A stretch of DNA of 64,000 bases from Bacilli bacterium (GCA_024408505.1 JAKSUZ010000005.1:2055-66054); one strand, 5' to 3'. Counted from the stretch's first letter, positions 10,239 to 20,934 are shown. Numbers and translations are program-made. The notes: generated by a model not told the origin, from the letters alone.

Positions 10239-11649
10239 ATTTGTTAAACCAGAAGCCGTTGGATATAACTCTACCTCACTTAAAGAATTAAGAAATAAAT
10301 TAGACAGTCATAATTTAAGAATACATACTTTAATGATTGCTAAAGGAGATAACATCTTCTTTAACATCAATAATGGTTTATATAACGAAAGAAGTATCCA
10401 CAGGATGTATTCTGAGACTAAATCATTTGTCGGACTAGCGATTGGTCTACTTTATGATGATAAAAAAATTAAATTAGCTGATAAGTTATCAAAATACTTT
10501 CCGGAATATATTGATAAAAACACTGATAAGGTTTTATTGAATCAAACGATTGAAGATACATTAAAAATGGGAACATGTGTCAATTGTGAATATTGGTTCA
10601 CTTCTCTGATTAAAGATCGCGTTGAATTGTATTTTAAACAGAAACATAACCGTAAATGTATGGAATATTTTAAATACGATAGCGCAGGCAGTATGGTTTT
10701 ATCCGCTTTGGTAGAAAAAGTTACTAAAAAAGATTTATTTACCTTTCTATATGAAAGAGTATTAAAACACCTTAAATATTTTGACGATGCTTACATGTTA
10801 AAGACTCCTACTGGTAGAACCTGGGGCGATTCCGGTATGATGTGTTCTACCATTGCGACTTTATCATTAGGAAGATTTTTGTTAAATAAAGGTAGAGTCG
10901 GTAATAAACAATTATTAAGTAAAGAATATATCACCAAAGCAACTAAAAAGTATTTGCCTACTCCTAACGAGATTGCTAGATGTAAAAGATATGGATATGG
11001 TTACCAAATTTGGATGACTAAAGGTGGCTACGCTTTCTTAGGCATGGGCAATCAAGTAACTATTATGTATCCAAAGTTTGATATTGTAGTATCTATGACC
11101 GGTAATGCCTTTGATAAGGTGCCATACGCTAGAGATTACATCTTTGATGAAGTTTATAAAGTTATTAGTAAAAAAGAGAAGATTACCAATAAGATGGTTA
11201 AGTATAACAACACCATTGATATCTTTAAAAATAAAAGCATCGATAAGTCGTTATTAAAGAAATACGCAAACAAAACATATAAGAGTAGAGATGGATTTAT
11301 TAAATCGTTTAAATTAACTAAGCAAGAAATATCATTTGTGGTTAATAAAAAGACTTATGCAATTAAACTAAAAGATAAACAAACGACCAAGACAACAATT
11401 AAGGATATTTACTCAAAAGAAAGAGTTGTAAAGCTTCCTAAGGCTGATACCTATAATTTATATGTCGGCATAGAAGAAAGCTCCTCAAATCGTTTATTAC
11501 TACAAGGCCAAGTTATGGGTGATTACTTCTCCGTGATTAAATTAGAAATTATATTTAAAGAAAACAGCGCAAGCCTTAATTTAAAGACTTACGCTGAGAA
11601 TTTCTTAAAGAAATATAATGGTGCTTTTAATTTTAAATTAAAGCGGTAG
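10231..11649 (+). CDS. Serine hydrolase, beta-lactamase/transpeptidase-like family
   Basis: 472 aa with the S-x-x-K motif 'SETKSF' near residue 62. ATGTTTAA start/stop overlap with the EEP gene. Confidence 0.65.
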   Translation: MFKFVKPEAVGYNSTSLKELRNKLDSHNLRIHTLMIAKGDNIFFNINNGLYNERSIHRMYSETKSFVGLAIGLLYDDKKIKLADKLSKYFPEYIDKNTDKVLLNQTIEDTLKMGTCVNCEYWFTSLIKDRVELYFKQKHNRKCMEYFKYDSAGSMVLSALVEKVTKKDLFTFLYERVLKHLKYFDDAYMLKTPTGRTWGDSGMMCSTIATLSLGRFLLNKGRVGNKQLLSKEYITKATKKYLPTPNEIARCKRYGYGYQIWMTKGGYAFLGMGNQVTIMYPKFDIVVSMTGNAFDKVPYARDYIFDEVYKVISKKEKITNKMVKYNNTIDIFKNKSIDKSLLKKYANKTYKSRDGFIKSFKLTKQEISFVVNKKTYAIKLKDKQTTKTTIKDIYSKERVVKLPKADTYNLYVGIEESSSNRLLLQGQVMGDYFSVIKLEIIFKENSASLNLKTYAENFLKKYNGAFNFKLKR

Positions 11650-13144
11650 GTCCACCTTTTAATGGATCATTAGGATCATAAGGATATTTACTAACGCTTT
11701 TATCATAATCCCATGCTGGTTTATATTCATCACGGTTAGCTTTCACTAAATCAAGAGCCTCTTTATAAAGGCTGTTCCACTTATCAAAGTTAGTGCAATT
11801 AATAGGGTCAGCAAAAGGGGTTTCTTGATTACTAAGATCTAAATTCAACACAGAGTAACCTTGAGTAAGATGATATTGCTGCATGCTTTTTGCATCGTAT
11901 GGATCCCATTTTAATAATCCTTTTGACCAATAGTTATTAGAAGAATAACAACCTGATTCAATATAACCCATCATAACGGTTGCATCGTTATCGTTATTAG
12001 TCTTAGGTTTAACTTCCAAGAAGAAATCGTTTGAATGATCATGCCCACAGAAGAATGCTGGATGCTTACCGCCATTTTCTAACATAGCATTAAACATCGG
12101 GCTGTGATTTTCAATCATTCTTAAATCATGTGGACTATAACACATGCCTTCTGTACGACAACCGGTAATTAATTTGATGTCGCCTAAACTAGTTCCTACC
12201 ACTTCTCCAGGCGTTGATGTGTATGGCCAAAAATTCTCATTGCCAGAGGGACCTTGTGGATGTTCTCCTAAATATTTTGTGTTGTAATAAGTTAAGTATG
12301 CATCTTCCATGTCTTTTAAAGGAACGTGACTAACGACAATTGAATTTAGACTATTGCTATCTTCCATGACTTCTTTGTACCAGCCAATTTGACTATCATG
12401 GATATAATCATAGAATTCAGTATCATCAGGATCAGCTTTACCCATTTTTATGAATTGTTGAATCTCCGGTTTATATTCTTCCATGCTTTCAGCAGACATT
12501 AATTTATCCGTATCTAAGAAGAATAACGTTTCAGCGATTTTACCTTCTGAGTTAAGAATATGAATCGCATTGTTTCCGTTCCCGTGGACTGGTAAGCCCG
12601 CTTTGGTAGTTTTTGGAGTTGAATCAAGTAAACAATGCGGATACGAATCAAATAATTTGACCATTTCTGGACGAGTCATGCCGTGTTCTCCTAGCTCGGG
12701 TTTGCCTTGATCTCCTTCGTGGTTACCTAAACAACAGGACCAATATACATTGAGATCTTCTAGCATTTGGCAAAATTGTTTAGCGCGTGGTTCGTTTTCA
12801 CAAGAAGTGATATTATCACCACCAAAAATAACTAAATCTGGTTTTTCGGCCATAATGTTTTTAGCAATCATGGTGTAGGTATAATTACATTGAGGCTTTT
12901 TATGATCTAAATGGGTATCAGTAAACATTAAGATTTTAAAGTCATCATGTTCAACATCGCCAATTGTTTTACAAATAGTCGGAATACCATCGCGAGATTC
13001 AAGAAGCTTAACGTGATTTTCAATTTTTTCCAGTTTTGTATCCCAAAGTAGATTATAAGTAACCCTCGATGCGGGTACTGGTTTGCAAGCAAAAAGGAAT
13101 GCTGGAACTATTGCTAGTAACATAATTTTTTTGTTTTTGTACAT
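11633..13144 (-). CDS. Calcineurin-like metallophosphoesterase lipoprotein
   Basis: Lipobox 'VPAFLFAC'. Metallophosphoesterase motifs 'FTDTHLD', 'GGDN', 'GNHE' and 'GHDH'. GAGG Shine-Dalgarno sequence upstream. The 3' end overlaps the convergent gene by 17 nt. Confidence 0.75.
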   Translation of the reverse strand: MYKNKKIMLLAIVPAFLFACKPVPASRVTYNLLWDTKLEKIENHVKLLESRDGIPTICKTIGDVEHDDFKILMFTDTHLDHKKPQCNYTYTMIAKNIMAEKPDLVIFGGDNITSCENEPRAKQFCQMLEDLNVYWSCCLGNHEGDQGKPELGEHGMTRPEMVKLFDSYPHCLLDSTPKTTKAGLPVHGNGNNAIHILNSEGKIAETLFFLDTDKLMSAESMEEYKPEIQQFIKMGKADPDDTEFYDYIHDSQIGWYKEVMEDSNSLNSIVVSHVPLKDMEDAYLTYYNTKYLGEHPQGPSGNENFWPYTSTPGEVVGTSLGDIKLITGCRTEGMCYSPHDLRMIENHSPMFNAMLENGGKHPAFFCGHDHSNDFFLEVKPKTNNDNDATVMMGYIESGCYSSNNYWSKGLLKWDPYDAKSMQQYHLTQGYSVLNLDLSNQETPFADPINCTNFDKWNSLYKEALDLVKANRDEYKPAWDYDKSVSKYPYDPNDPLKGGPTALI

Positions 13145-13190
13145 AATGTTTACCTCGCTTAGATCTTCTTATTTTTATATTACCATATAT

Positions 13191-13210
13191 ATTTATCTTT
13201 TAAGATAAAT
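13191..13210. promoter_or_regulatory. Perfect 9-bp-arm palindrome ATTTATCTT-TT-AAGATAAAT between the GH28-like gene stop and the metallophosphoesterase gene start
   Basis: Read directly from the sequence. On the minus strand it is followed by a TG-n-TAATAT -10-like box and then the GAGG Shine-Dalgarno sequence. It may be a weak terminator and/or an operator. Confidence 0.35.
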
Positions 13211-13218
13211 ATTTTAGA

Positions 13219-15246
13219 CTACGGATTATCCGAAATTTCGCTAACATTTTCGATATCAAAACGCTTGCCAGCAATATTGTTTAACTTAACATTCTTTAAA
13301 GTCATTGATCTAACATTTTTAGCAATAAATCCTTTTTTACTACATTTACTTGCATCATCCATCATAATTGGTGTTCCAGTTCTACATTCTTCTTTAGGAG
13401 TAAATGTTGAATCGGTGATTTTTATTTCATAAATATATTTTTCTGGTAGGCCATAGAAATATCCTGCTGCATATTCAAAATTCTTTGCATTAATATCTTT
13501 AAAAGAGAAATTCTCAAAATAAGGAGTATCTTTATCTATTGGCATGAATTTCTTATTTAATTTACTAGCATCCATGGTATAAATCATATTCATCACAATT
13601 GGAGTAAGAACGCCGTCCATATTAATGTTATTAACACTTATATCTTTAATAATAGTTTTATTACCACTGTGTCTATCGGTTTTAACTAATACACCAGTAT
13701 CAGTACTAACAAAATTACAATAAGATGCATTAACAGAATGAATGCCAGAAGAACACTCACTACCTAATGTAATCGCTCCTTTAGAATTAACCATGCAGCA
13801 ATTTCTAATTACGATATCTCTAGATGAAACTTGATAGTCATCTGCTATTTCTTTTTTGCCAGCTTTAATCGCAACGCAATTATTAAGGTTAGAAAAATAA
13901 TCACCAATAATATTGATATCGCTTGAACACTGAGGAGTGATTCCATCAGCAATTACGGAATCTTTTTCGTTAGTGATATTTAAATTTAGCAAATTTACGT
14001 TGCTTGAAAAGAACGGATGAATTGCCCATTGAGGTGAATTCTTTAAATTTATACCAACCATAGTGATGTTGGTAGAATGGTTAATAAATATTAAATGAGG
14101 AGGAGCGATTTTAAATTTACTCTTTTTCCAAGCAGTCGATGTATTCGCCTGTCCATCAATAGTACCTTCTCCAACAATAGTAACGTTTTTAAGATGATCA
14201 AGATGAATAATTGATTGCCTCATCTTCATCGCTTCACCTTTATAATTTCCATATACTTCTTCTTTTTTATTGCTAAATGCTTCTATAATTGGATAATCAT
14301 CTTCATTTGGACTAGCAAGTAATGTAACATCTTTTCTTAAATAAAGAGTAATGTTACTCTTTAAAACAAGACTTTTGATTTTATATGTTCCTTTATTAAC
14401 CATAATTAACGAATATTGATCAGCCATATCAATTACTTTTTGTAAATCGTTACCTTCATACACCTTATAAGCCTTATATATTTTAGGTGTCGTAAACACG
14501 ATGCTTTGTCGATTAATTGATAACTTATATTGCGTATCGGGTTTTAAATCAAAAATCGTTAAAACATTAGCGCTAACTTTTTTTAAGATAATTTCATTAT
14601 CTAGTAAAATATTAAACGGCTTATCGGAGTAATAAACACTTTTATTGTTTACTTCAACGCTAACCGATACCGGGGTGACGTTTAATACTTTAATATAATC
14701 TTCTTTTTTAACATTGCCGTGTTCATCTCGTTTAAGTATTTTTCTAAACCACATAATAATTAAATTCTTAAGCCAAACGACTCCTGTATCTAAAGCTGTT
14801 AAAAGTATTGCCGCTGTTAGCGGCTCATGAAACAACCATATCGTTTGTCCTGGCATCGCCTCCATCATAGCAGCTGTAATAGGAGCGGCAATAAAATGGA
14901 ATAGGAAAAATATTCCTATTAAAGCGGCGATATTTATAAAAATGGAAAAGAACCATTTATTTTTAAATATCCACCATTTACTGGCCTCTTCTCTTGTGTC
15001 AGCTATAAGGATATAAATGTTATAAAGCGCTATATCAAATAAGACACCTCCTATTAATCCAGTTACTAGCAATAAGAAATCTTCGTTACTGATATAAAGG
15101 CCTAATCCCATGTAACAAAAGAAATATAACGCTCCATAGAACCAGTATTTAATAAAGGTTGCTTTTAAACCGAACGGAAGTCGACGAAAAAAACCTCGTT
15201 TTTGATATTTATTATAATCATTAGGATTATTTTTTAGTTTGTTCAT
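13219..15246 (-). CDS. Membrane-anchored GH28-like right-handed beta-helix protein (4 TM + FN3-like + polygalacturonase-like domain)
   Basis: 675 aa with four N-terminal hydrophobic segments. The C-terminal region carries GH28-like blocks 'NLKNSPQWAIHP', 'ADGITPQ', 'NCVAIKAGK', 'GAITLGSE' and 'VLVKT'. The canonical GDD, GHG and RIK residues are substituted (see findings). Confidence 0.6.
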   Translation of the reverse strand: MNKLKNNPNDYNKYQKRGFFRRLPFGLKATFIKYWFYGALYFFCYMGLGLYISNEDFLLLVTGLIGGVLFDIALYNIYILIADTREEASKWWIFKNKWFFSIFINIAALIGIFFLFHFIAAPITAAMMEAMPGQTIWLFHEPLTAAILLTALDTGVVWLKNLIIMWFRKILKRDEHGNVKKEDYIKVLNVTPVSVSVEVNNKSVYYSDKPFNILLDNEIILKKVSANVLTIFDLKPDTQYKLSINRQSIVFTTPKIYKAYKVYEGNDLQKVIDMADQYSLIMVNKGTYKIKSLVLKSNITLYLRKDVTLLASPNEDDYPIIEAFSNKKEEVYGNYKGEAMKMRQSIIHLDHLKNVTIVGEGTIDGQANTSTAWKKSKFKIAPPHLIFINHSTNITMVGINLKNSPQWAIHPFFSSNVNLLNLNITNEKDSVIADGITPQCSSDINIIGDYFSNLNNCVAIKAGKKEIADDYQVSSRDIVIRNCCMVNSKGAITLGSECSSGIHSVNASYCNFVSTDTGVLVKTDRHSGNKTIIKDISVNNINMDGVLTPIVMNMIYTMDASKLNKKFMPIDKDTPYFENFSFKDINAKNFEYAAGYFYGLPEKYIYEIKITDSTFTPKEECRTGTPIMMDDASKCSKKGFIAKNVRSMTLKNVKLNNIAGKRFDIENVSEISDNP

Positions 15247-15805
15247 TTTTAGCGGCTAATTCATCAAAATTAATTGTCTTTAATTTCTTTTCGATGGCAG
15301 GAGAAGCGATTAATAAGCCGTTTGTGATTAATTCAAGAATAAAGAAGATAATCATTAACGTTCTTGAACAAACGCCATAATTAATATAAGTTTGACAAAT
15401 ATACCACTGAGCCATTTTCTTCCCGTCAATAATAAATGATTCTCTAGCAATAAATTCAGCAGTAATTTGCTTTTCATTATAGATAAATACGGTAATAGTG
15501 AACGCTAAGCAAACAACGATTATTATGTAATAAGCAATTAGCATTTTTAATGGTCTTTTTTGACCATAAACTTTTTGAACGTAATTGACAATTGCAACAA
15601 TCGATAAGATACTAGCAAGAACAGCAATAAATAAGAAAATTGCAGTTGGTCGATATTCAATACGCCCGACGGATTTAATTAAAATAAATAAACTTGCTAA
15701 GAAGAAGAAACAAGAAATACAAACTAATGCAAAAGGAAGAGTATAAAAGTTTCTTTTTAAACTCGCAATTCTTTTTCTAGTGAAGTTATTAAACTTAGGT
15801 TTCAT
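15227..15805 (-). CDS. Polytopic membrane protein, unknown family
   Basis: 192 aa with 4-5 hydrophobic segments. Shares 1 nt with the ATPase gene stop and overlaps the GH28-like gene by 20 nt. Confidence 0.55.
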   Translation of the reverse strand: MKPKFNNFTRKRIASLKRNFYTLPFALVCISCFFFLASLFILIKSVGRIEYRPTAIFLFIAVLASILSIVAIVNYVQKVYGQKRPLKMLIAYYIIIVVCLAFTITVFIYNEKQITAEFIARESFIIDGKKMAQWYICQTYINYGVCSRTLMIIFFILELITNGLLIASPAIEKKLKTINFDELAAKNEQTKK

Positions 15806-16875
15806 TATCTAATCCTCTCTTCACTGCTCTTGTCAAAGAAGCAAATTAAATCTTGATTAAACGAAAACTCAATCTCATCATTTTCCTTATAATCAAGCCA
15901 CTTTTCAAATTTAATCTTCGCTCTGGCCTTATTGATTGTGCAGTTAAATAACGTATGCGCGCCTAAGTGCTCAACAATACCAACTTTAGCTATTAAATCG
16001 CCTTTTGGAACAAAATGCTCTGGTCTAACGCCTAGAATTACTTCTTTGTTAACATGGCCACTAAGCAATCTCTTTCTCTTAGCATCCAATCTGAATGAAA
16101 AATCATCGCAAACAAACTTATTTCCATCGCTAGAAATCTTGCCATAGAAGAAATTCATTGGAGGATTACCAACAAAGGATGCAACGAATTTATTATTTGG
16201 ATCAGAATATATTTGTAAAGGCGTCCCGATTTGTTGGACATGTCCCATCGACATAACAACAATTCGATCTGCCAAAGTTAAAGCTTCGATTTGATCGTGT
16301 GTAACATAAATCATCGTTGCGTTAAGCTTCTGATGGAGAATCTTAATCTCTCTTCTCATTTTCACTCTTAATTTCGCGTCTAAGTTACTTAAAGGTTCAT
16401 CGAACAAGAATATCTTAGGCGTTCTAACTAGCGCACGTCCTAACGCGACTCTTTGTCTTTGACCACCAGATAGTTGCTTTGGTTTCTTATTAAGTTGTTC
16501 ATCAAGGTTTAGCATTGATGCAACCGCCATAACCTTTCGATGAATTTCTTGTTTATCAACTTTACGTAACATAAGCGAGAAAGCCATATTTTGATATATG
16601 GTCATATGAGCATATAAGGCATAGTTTTGGAACACCATTGCCATATCTCTATTTTTACTTGCGGCATTAGTAATATCTTTGCCATCAAGAAGGGCTTTAC
16701 CTTCACTGATTTCTTCTAGACCAGCAATCATTCTTAAAGAAGTAGATTTGCCACAGCCAGAAGGACCGACGATAACGATGAATTCGCCATCTTTAATATC
16801 AATATTAAAATCGTGGACAGCCACGACGCCACCATCATATATTTTCTTTAAATGCTGGAGATTAAGTTCTGACAT
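15805..16875 (-). CDS. Sugar ABC transporter ATP-binding protein (MsmK/MalK/UgpC type)
   Basis: Walker A 'GPSGCGKST', signature 'LSGGQRQR' and Walker B 'IFLFDEPLSNLD'. The C-terminal regulatory/TOBE-like domain is present. Confidence 0.9.
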   Translation of the reverse strand: MSELNLQHLKKIYDGGVVAVHDFNIDIKDGEFIVIVGPSGCGKSTSLRMIAGLEEISEGKALLDGKDITNAASKNRDMAMVFQNYALYAHMTIYQNMAFSLMLRKVDKQEIHRKVMAVASMLNLDEQLNKKPKQLSGGQRQRVALGRALVRTPKIFLFDEPLSNLDAKLRVKMRREIKILHQKLNATMIYVTHDQIEALTLADRIVVMSMGHVQQIGTPLQIYSDPNNKFVASFVGNPPMNFFYGKISSDGNKFVCDDFSFRLDAKRKRLLSGHVNKEVILGVRPEHFVPKGDLIAKVGIVEHLGAHTLFNCTINKARAKIKFEKWLDYKENDEIEFSFNQDLICFFDKSSEERIR

Positions 16876-17611
16876 CTTTCTTCGCTCCTTCCTTCTTGAT
16901 TAGTGGCTCATGGTCTTTTAAAATTCGATATTTAATAAGAGTAAGTGCTCCAGCGATAATCATACACGCAGCGCCTCCAGCTAATAAAATAACACAGGCT
17001 GAGAAAGCACCAGGAGTTATACCGCCATTTAAGTAATAATATAAAGGAATCCAGAATATTCTTGCTACTTGAACACCGCCTAAAACAAACGAAACGATGC
17101 CCCATTCTCTAGAATATCTTTTAGTCTTTTCTGCAGCTAAGAAAGCCGTTAACATAAACACAACATTGATAATTAAATCAAACCCTAATTGAAGATCGGC
17201 TTTTAAATCATCAGTATTTGTCTTATAAATGATAATAAACATCGCAACATTTAAAGCAATGGTTAATAGGATAAGCCAAAAGGAACTTCTATTGTTTCGA
17301 TAGTGCATCATATCAAAAGATATTTTTCTTTTTTCAGAAAGTTCTACTTTTGTAACAGACTTAGCCGTAGGCTTCTCGTTATCGATAACAGTGAGTTCAG
17401 GTACTTCGTAATATAAGTTGTCAATCACCCAATATTCCTTAATTTGATTTGAACGATAAGCGGAATGCGATTTATTGAAACGATTTTCATAATCTTCTTT
17501 AGTGTATGAAACTAAACTACCTTCATCATAAAGGTGACCGAATTTCTCACGATACTCTTTTAGAGTTTTATCGGTGCGGATTATAGCATGATTTCTTTTT
17601 AAAACACTCAT
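16862..17611 (-). CDS. Membrane protein, unknown family (about 110-aa soluble N-domain + 4 TM)
   Basis: 249 aa. The hydrophilic N-terminus is followed by four hydrophobic segments. Overlaps the ATPase start by 14 nt. Confidence 0.55.
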   Translation of the reverse strand: MSVLKRNHAIIRTDKTLKEYREKFGHLYDEGSLVSYTKEDYENRFNKSHSAYRSNQIKEYWVIDNLYYEVPELTVIDNEKPTAKSVTKVELSEKRKISFDMMHYRNNRSSFWLILLTIALNVAMFIIIYKTNTDDLKADLQLGFDLIINVVFMLTAFLAAEKTKRYSREWGIVSFVLGGVQVARIFWIPLYYYLNGGITPGAFSACVILLAGGAACMIIAGALTLIKYRILKDHEPLIKKEGAKKDVRT

Positions 17612-17622
17612 ACAAATACCCT

Positions 17623-18387
17623 TTATTCGTGAATAACCACCTTACTTAAATCAACTTGTTCTTGATTCTTTTGATGCATATATTTAAAGAATGTTAATAA
17701 ACACGAAGAAATTGCAAATAAGATAAGTGCGGCGGCGATTATATAGCCGATAATAAACATTGGATTAGAATCGGTAACACGGAAATATTCGTGAACCGCT
17801 TCGGCACTTGAATCATTGATGTAGGTTTGATAAGCGCTAAGTAAATAATAATCATCTACTTTTGACAAAACCGATGTATGGTTAGCGATTAGTTGGATTA
17901 ACATATGAATTCCAATGTATAAATTAAATCCTGCTACCGCTGGGATTACAATTAAGTTAGTCTTGTAATAAATCTTTCTCTTTTGTGAGAAATATATAAA
18001 CGGAATGAGTGAAGCAAGCAAACCAAAGAAACCAAAGACAAATAACCAATGGTTAAATACTTGTAATTCATTACGAGTAAATGAGGTAAAGTAAGCTAAG
18101 TTAAGGCCTATTTCTTTTCCGGTAAAAGGCGAAACATAGAATGCTTCGCTAGAAAGTTTATATGTAGCGATTACTTCCTTAGTTATTCCTAATTGAGCCA
18201 TTTGTTGATATAAGAAACCACCATCAATTTGATATATATCAGAGAATGGCGTCATAAAGACTAAAGAATATACAAAGACTAAAATAGCTGTAATTAAAGT
18301 ACCAAAGATAATTACTTTTTGAGCTGGACTTAGAATTTTTCCAAGTTTTTCTGATTTGAATATTTCGTCTCTTTTTTCCATAAACAC
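17623..18387 (-). CDS. Membrane protein, unknown family (4 TM with two large loops)
   Basis: 254-aa ORF lying 13 nt downstream of the solute-binding-protein gene, on the same strand. Confidence 0.55.
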   Translation of the reverse strand: MFMEKRDEIFKSEKLGKILSPAQKVIIFGTLITAILVFVYSLVFMTPFSDIYQIDGGFLYQQMAQLGITKEVIATYKLSSEAFYVSPFTGKEIGLNLAYFTSFTRNELQVFNHWLFVFGFFGLLASLIPFIYFSQKRKIYYKTNLIVIPAVAGFNLYIGIHMLIQLIANHTSVLSKVDDYYLLSAYQTYINDSSAEAVHEYFRVTDSNPMFIIGYIIAAALILFAISSCLLTFFKYMHQKNQEQVDLSKVVIHE

Positions 18388-18400
18388 TTTACTCTAAAAC

Positions 18401-20932
18401 TTATTCAAGAGGCTCCGACATAATTTCAAAAGCGCTTTGATAATAATTTTCTATTTTTTCAACGCCCCACTCTTTCATTTTATCAATGTAATTATTGAAG
18501 GTTACACCACCACGTGCATCTTGGCCCATAATAAGTGAATCCCATATATTAAAGTTACTTGTACTAGAGTCAGTAAAGATTGATCCTAATTTATTCTTAT
18601 CTAGTAAATTAGAAATCGCGCTTGATTGACCTTTGGTTAAGAAGAATGCTGAAGGACAAATTTGATAGAATGGTATCTTAATATTCGCTTTTTCCGTGTC
18701 GTCTTTTGCGCCGATTAAGACATGCTTAAATGTTCCGAGTTCAAGAGCCTTATTGACAATATCCATGCCTTCTTTAGTTCTGTCTTCCATAGTTTGATAT
18801 CCAACCGCAGATAATTTTCTAAACCCAAATGGAATAGTTGCACCAATAAATCTACGTTGATAACCAGTTTTAGCCTTTCCGCCTTCTTCCACGATGCCCT
18901 TATATTCTTTTAAAGCATTCAGAGTTAAACGAGGGAATTTTTTACCTTGGAATTCGATGTAATCTACCTCTGGGTCTCCTTTTTCTAAATCAGGAGTCCA
19001 AGTTTCTCCACCATCACCAGCAAGTTGAGTAATATAACCATCTTCCCACGGTCCATAGTTATAAAGATATGTACCTTCATCACTAAAGATATAATCAATA
19101 AGTTTAAAAGTAGCGGCTCTCTTCTCATCATTATCAGCGAGTCTAGCATTTAAGCAAAGCGCTGAAGTTTTAAGAGAAGTCCAAGACTCGGTGAATGGCA
19201 TAAATTCGCCCTTATCAGCTCCGTCTGGCGTTCCGTCTCCATCAATATCCCATTGGGCGATAGCGCCAACAACCGCCTTCATTCCGTATGAATAACCTTT
19301 CTTACCTTCGACTTCTTTATCTCCGTTAGGACTAAGTGTAATCCAATCGCATGGTGTCTTTCTTTCAGAAGTTCCGTATTTATTCCAATCATTGAGATCT
19401 CTTGCCCAATCATACACCATAAATCCAGCATATTTTTCACCGCCACCAGAGAATAGCGTTTCATCAGCAAATTTACCTTCTGAAGTACCAGTTGCAGTCT
19501 TAGAATCAAAGTCTTGTAAAATTAAACCTTCTTGATAAAGGGCTCTTAATATTTTAAGCAGTTCAAGCATGCTTTCATCACCGCAAGCATCGTGAATTTT
19601 ACCATATCTACCATATTCTTGGCCGTAACTCTTTTCGCCACTCATATACATATATAAGTTACTATTGCGCGATTCAGTACCTCTAACACCAAATGCTTGT
19701 CCTGCCCAACGATATAAATCAGCTGAACGTTGATTATCACAAGTACGAGGCATCATGGTAATCATTTCTTTTATAATTTCATTACCTTTATCATCTTTAA
19801 ATAAAGTTCCTGATGATACTTTAACTAATCGCATTAAAGCCACTAATTCATCAGAATCATAGCAGGCTTTATAACCCAAGAATAAATCGGAATAATGATT
19901 GCCGAATATAAATTTTTCTCCGTTATTTCCTGCTGGATAGCGTTTATCAATGTAAGTTCTAAACTGCTTTGCTAGTGTATAGGAATTAGCTTCTTCCGGG
20001 TGATTATTAATAATATCATTTTGTAACGAAATAATATTTTCAGCTGGTTTTTTAGCAAAAGAAATTGTTTTTACTTCAGGATCTATAAGTTCACCAGTTT
20101 CATTTACATTAGGAATTGTTACATTGTATGTAAGAGCTTCCCCATTTTCTTCATAACATGGTTCGTAGTTTTGGTCATATTCTTTATCGCCAGCGGTACC
20201 ATGCTTTTTAATTATTCCTGTTTTAGTACTAAATTTGTATCCATCAGTCATTTTATCAGGATCATCATCTAAAAGTCTCTTAACATAATCCGCTCTCATA
20301 AGAGGGCTCTTATCAATTTCATCAAATCCATCAAAATATGGAACATAATAAATTGCACCTTTATCAGGTTGAGAATGTTTGGCGGTAATAATTGACATCT
20401 TAACGCCTGGATTATCATTTAAGAATTTAGCAATGTGAGGTAGTGATCCTTTTTCAGTAATATTTCCGTCTTCATCAAATTTTGTTTCTTCAATATATGG
20501 TTTTAAATCTAGAATCGTTTCATTATTACCAGCGACTGAATAGTTATTAATATCATAAACCGTACCCATTGATATATCAGCATGAGTTTTAATCATCCAG
20601 TTATCACGGAAATAATCAACTGATTTCTTAGTACCTGAGTTAGCCGCAGGTTGATGTTCAAGCAAGTTAATACCTAAGCGGTCTTGTAATGCGCTCCAAA
20701 CTGGCTTATAGTCACCTTTATTTATATGTCTACCGCCATAATCTTTTCCGGTCCGTTCATCATGATAGGTAGGAGTAGAAAAATCATCGTCGAGTGTATA
20801 AACAATACGTTGTTCACCTTCATAGTTAACCGCAGTCATTATCGCAGCGCCTTCTGGATTAGCTTCTAAATTACAACCAACTAATAAAGTAATTGAAGCT
20901 AGAGCAAAAGTAATTTTAAATGCTTTTTTCAT
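18401..20932 (-). CDS. Extracellular solute-binding lipoprotein of the sugar ABC importer (LplA-like, enlarged to 843 aa)
   Basis: Lipobox 'ITLLVGC'. Lies immediately after two CUT1-type permease genes. Its length is about 300 aa more than typical LplA-family binding proteins. Confidence 0.7.
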   Translation of the reverse strand: MKKAFKITFALASITLLVGCNLEANPEGAAIMTAVNYEGEQRIVYTLDDDFSTPTYHDERTGKDYGGRHINKGDYKPVWSALQDRLGINLLEHQPAANSGTKKSVDYFRDNWMIKTHADISMGTVYDINNYSVAGNNETILDLKPYIEETKFDEDGNITEKGSLPHIAKFLNDNPGVKMSIITAKHSQPDKGAIYYVPYFDGFDEIDKSPLMRADYVKRLLDDDPDKMTDGYKFSTKTGIIKKHGTAGDKEYDQNYEPCYEENGEALTYNVTIPNVNETGELIDPEVKTISFAKKPAENIISLQNDIINNHPEEANSYTLAKQFRTYIDKRYPAGNNGEKFIFGNHYSDLFLGYKACYDSDELVALMRLVKVSSGTLFKDDKGNEIIKEMITMMPRTCDNQRSADLYRWAGQAFGVRGTESRNSNLYMYMSGEKSYGQEYGRYGKIHDACGDESMLELLKILRALYQEGLILQDFDSKTATGTSEGKFADETLFSGGGEKYAGFMVYDWARDLNDWNKYGTSERKTPCDWITLSPNGDKEVEGKKGYSYGMKAVVGAIAQWDIDGDGTPDGADKGEFMPFTESWTSLKTSALCLNARLADNDEKRAATFKLIDYIFSDEGTYLYNYGPWEDGYITQLAGDGGETWTPDLEKGDPEVDYIEFQGKKFPRLTLNALKEYKGIVEEGGKAKTGYQRRFIGATIPFGFRKLSAVGYQTMEDRTKEGMDIVNKALELGTFKHVLIGAKDDTEKANIKIPFYQICPSAFFLTKGQSSAISNLLDKNKLGSIFTDSSTSNFNIWDSLIMGQDARGGVTFNNYIDKMKEWGVEKIENYYQSAFEIMSEPLE

Positions 20933-20934
20933 AA

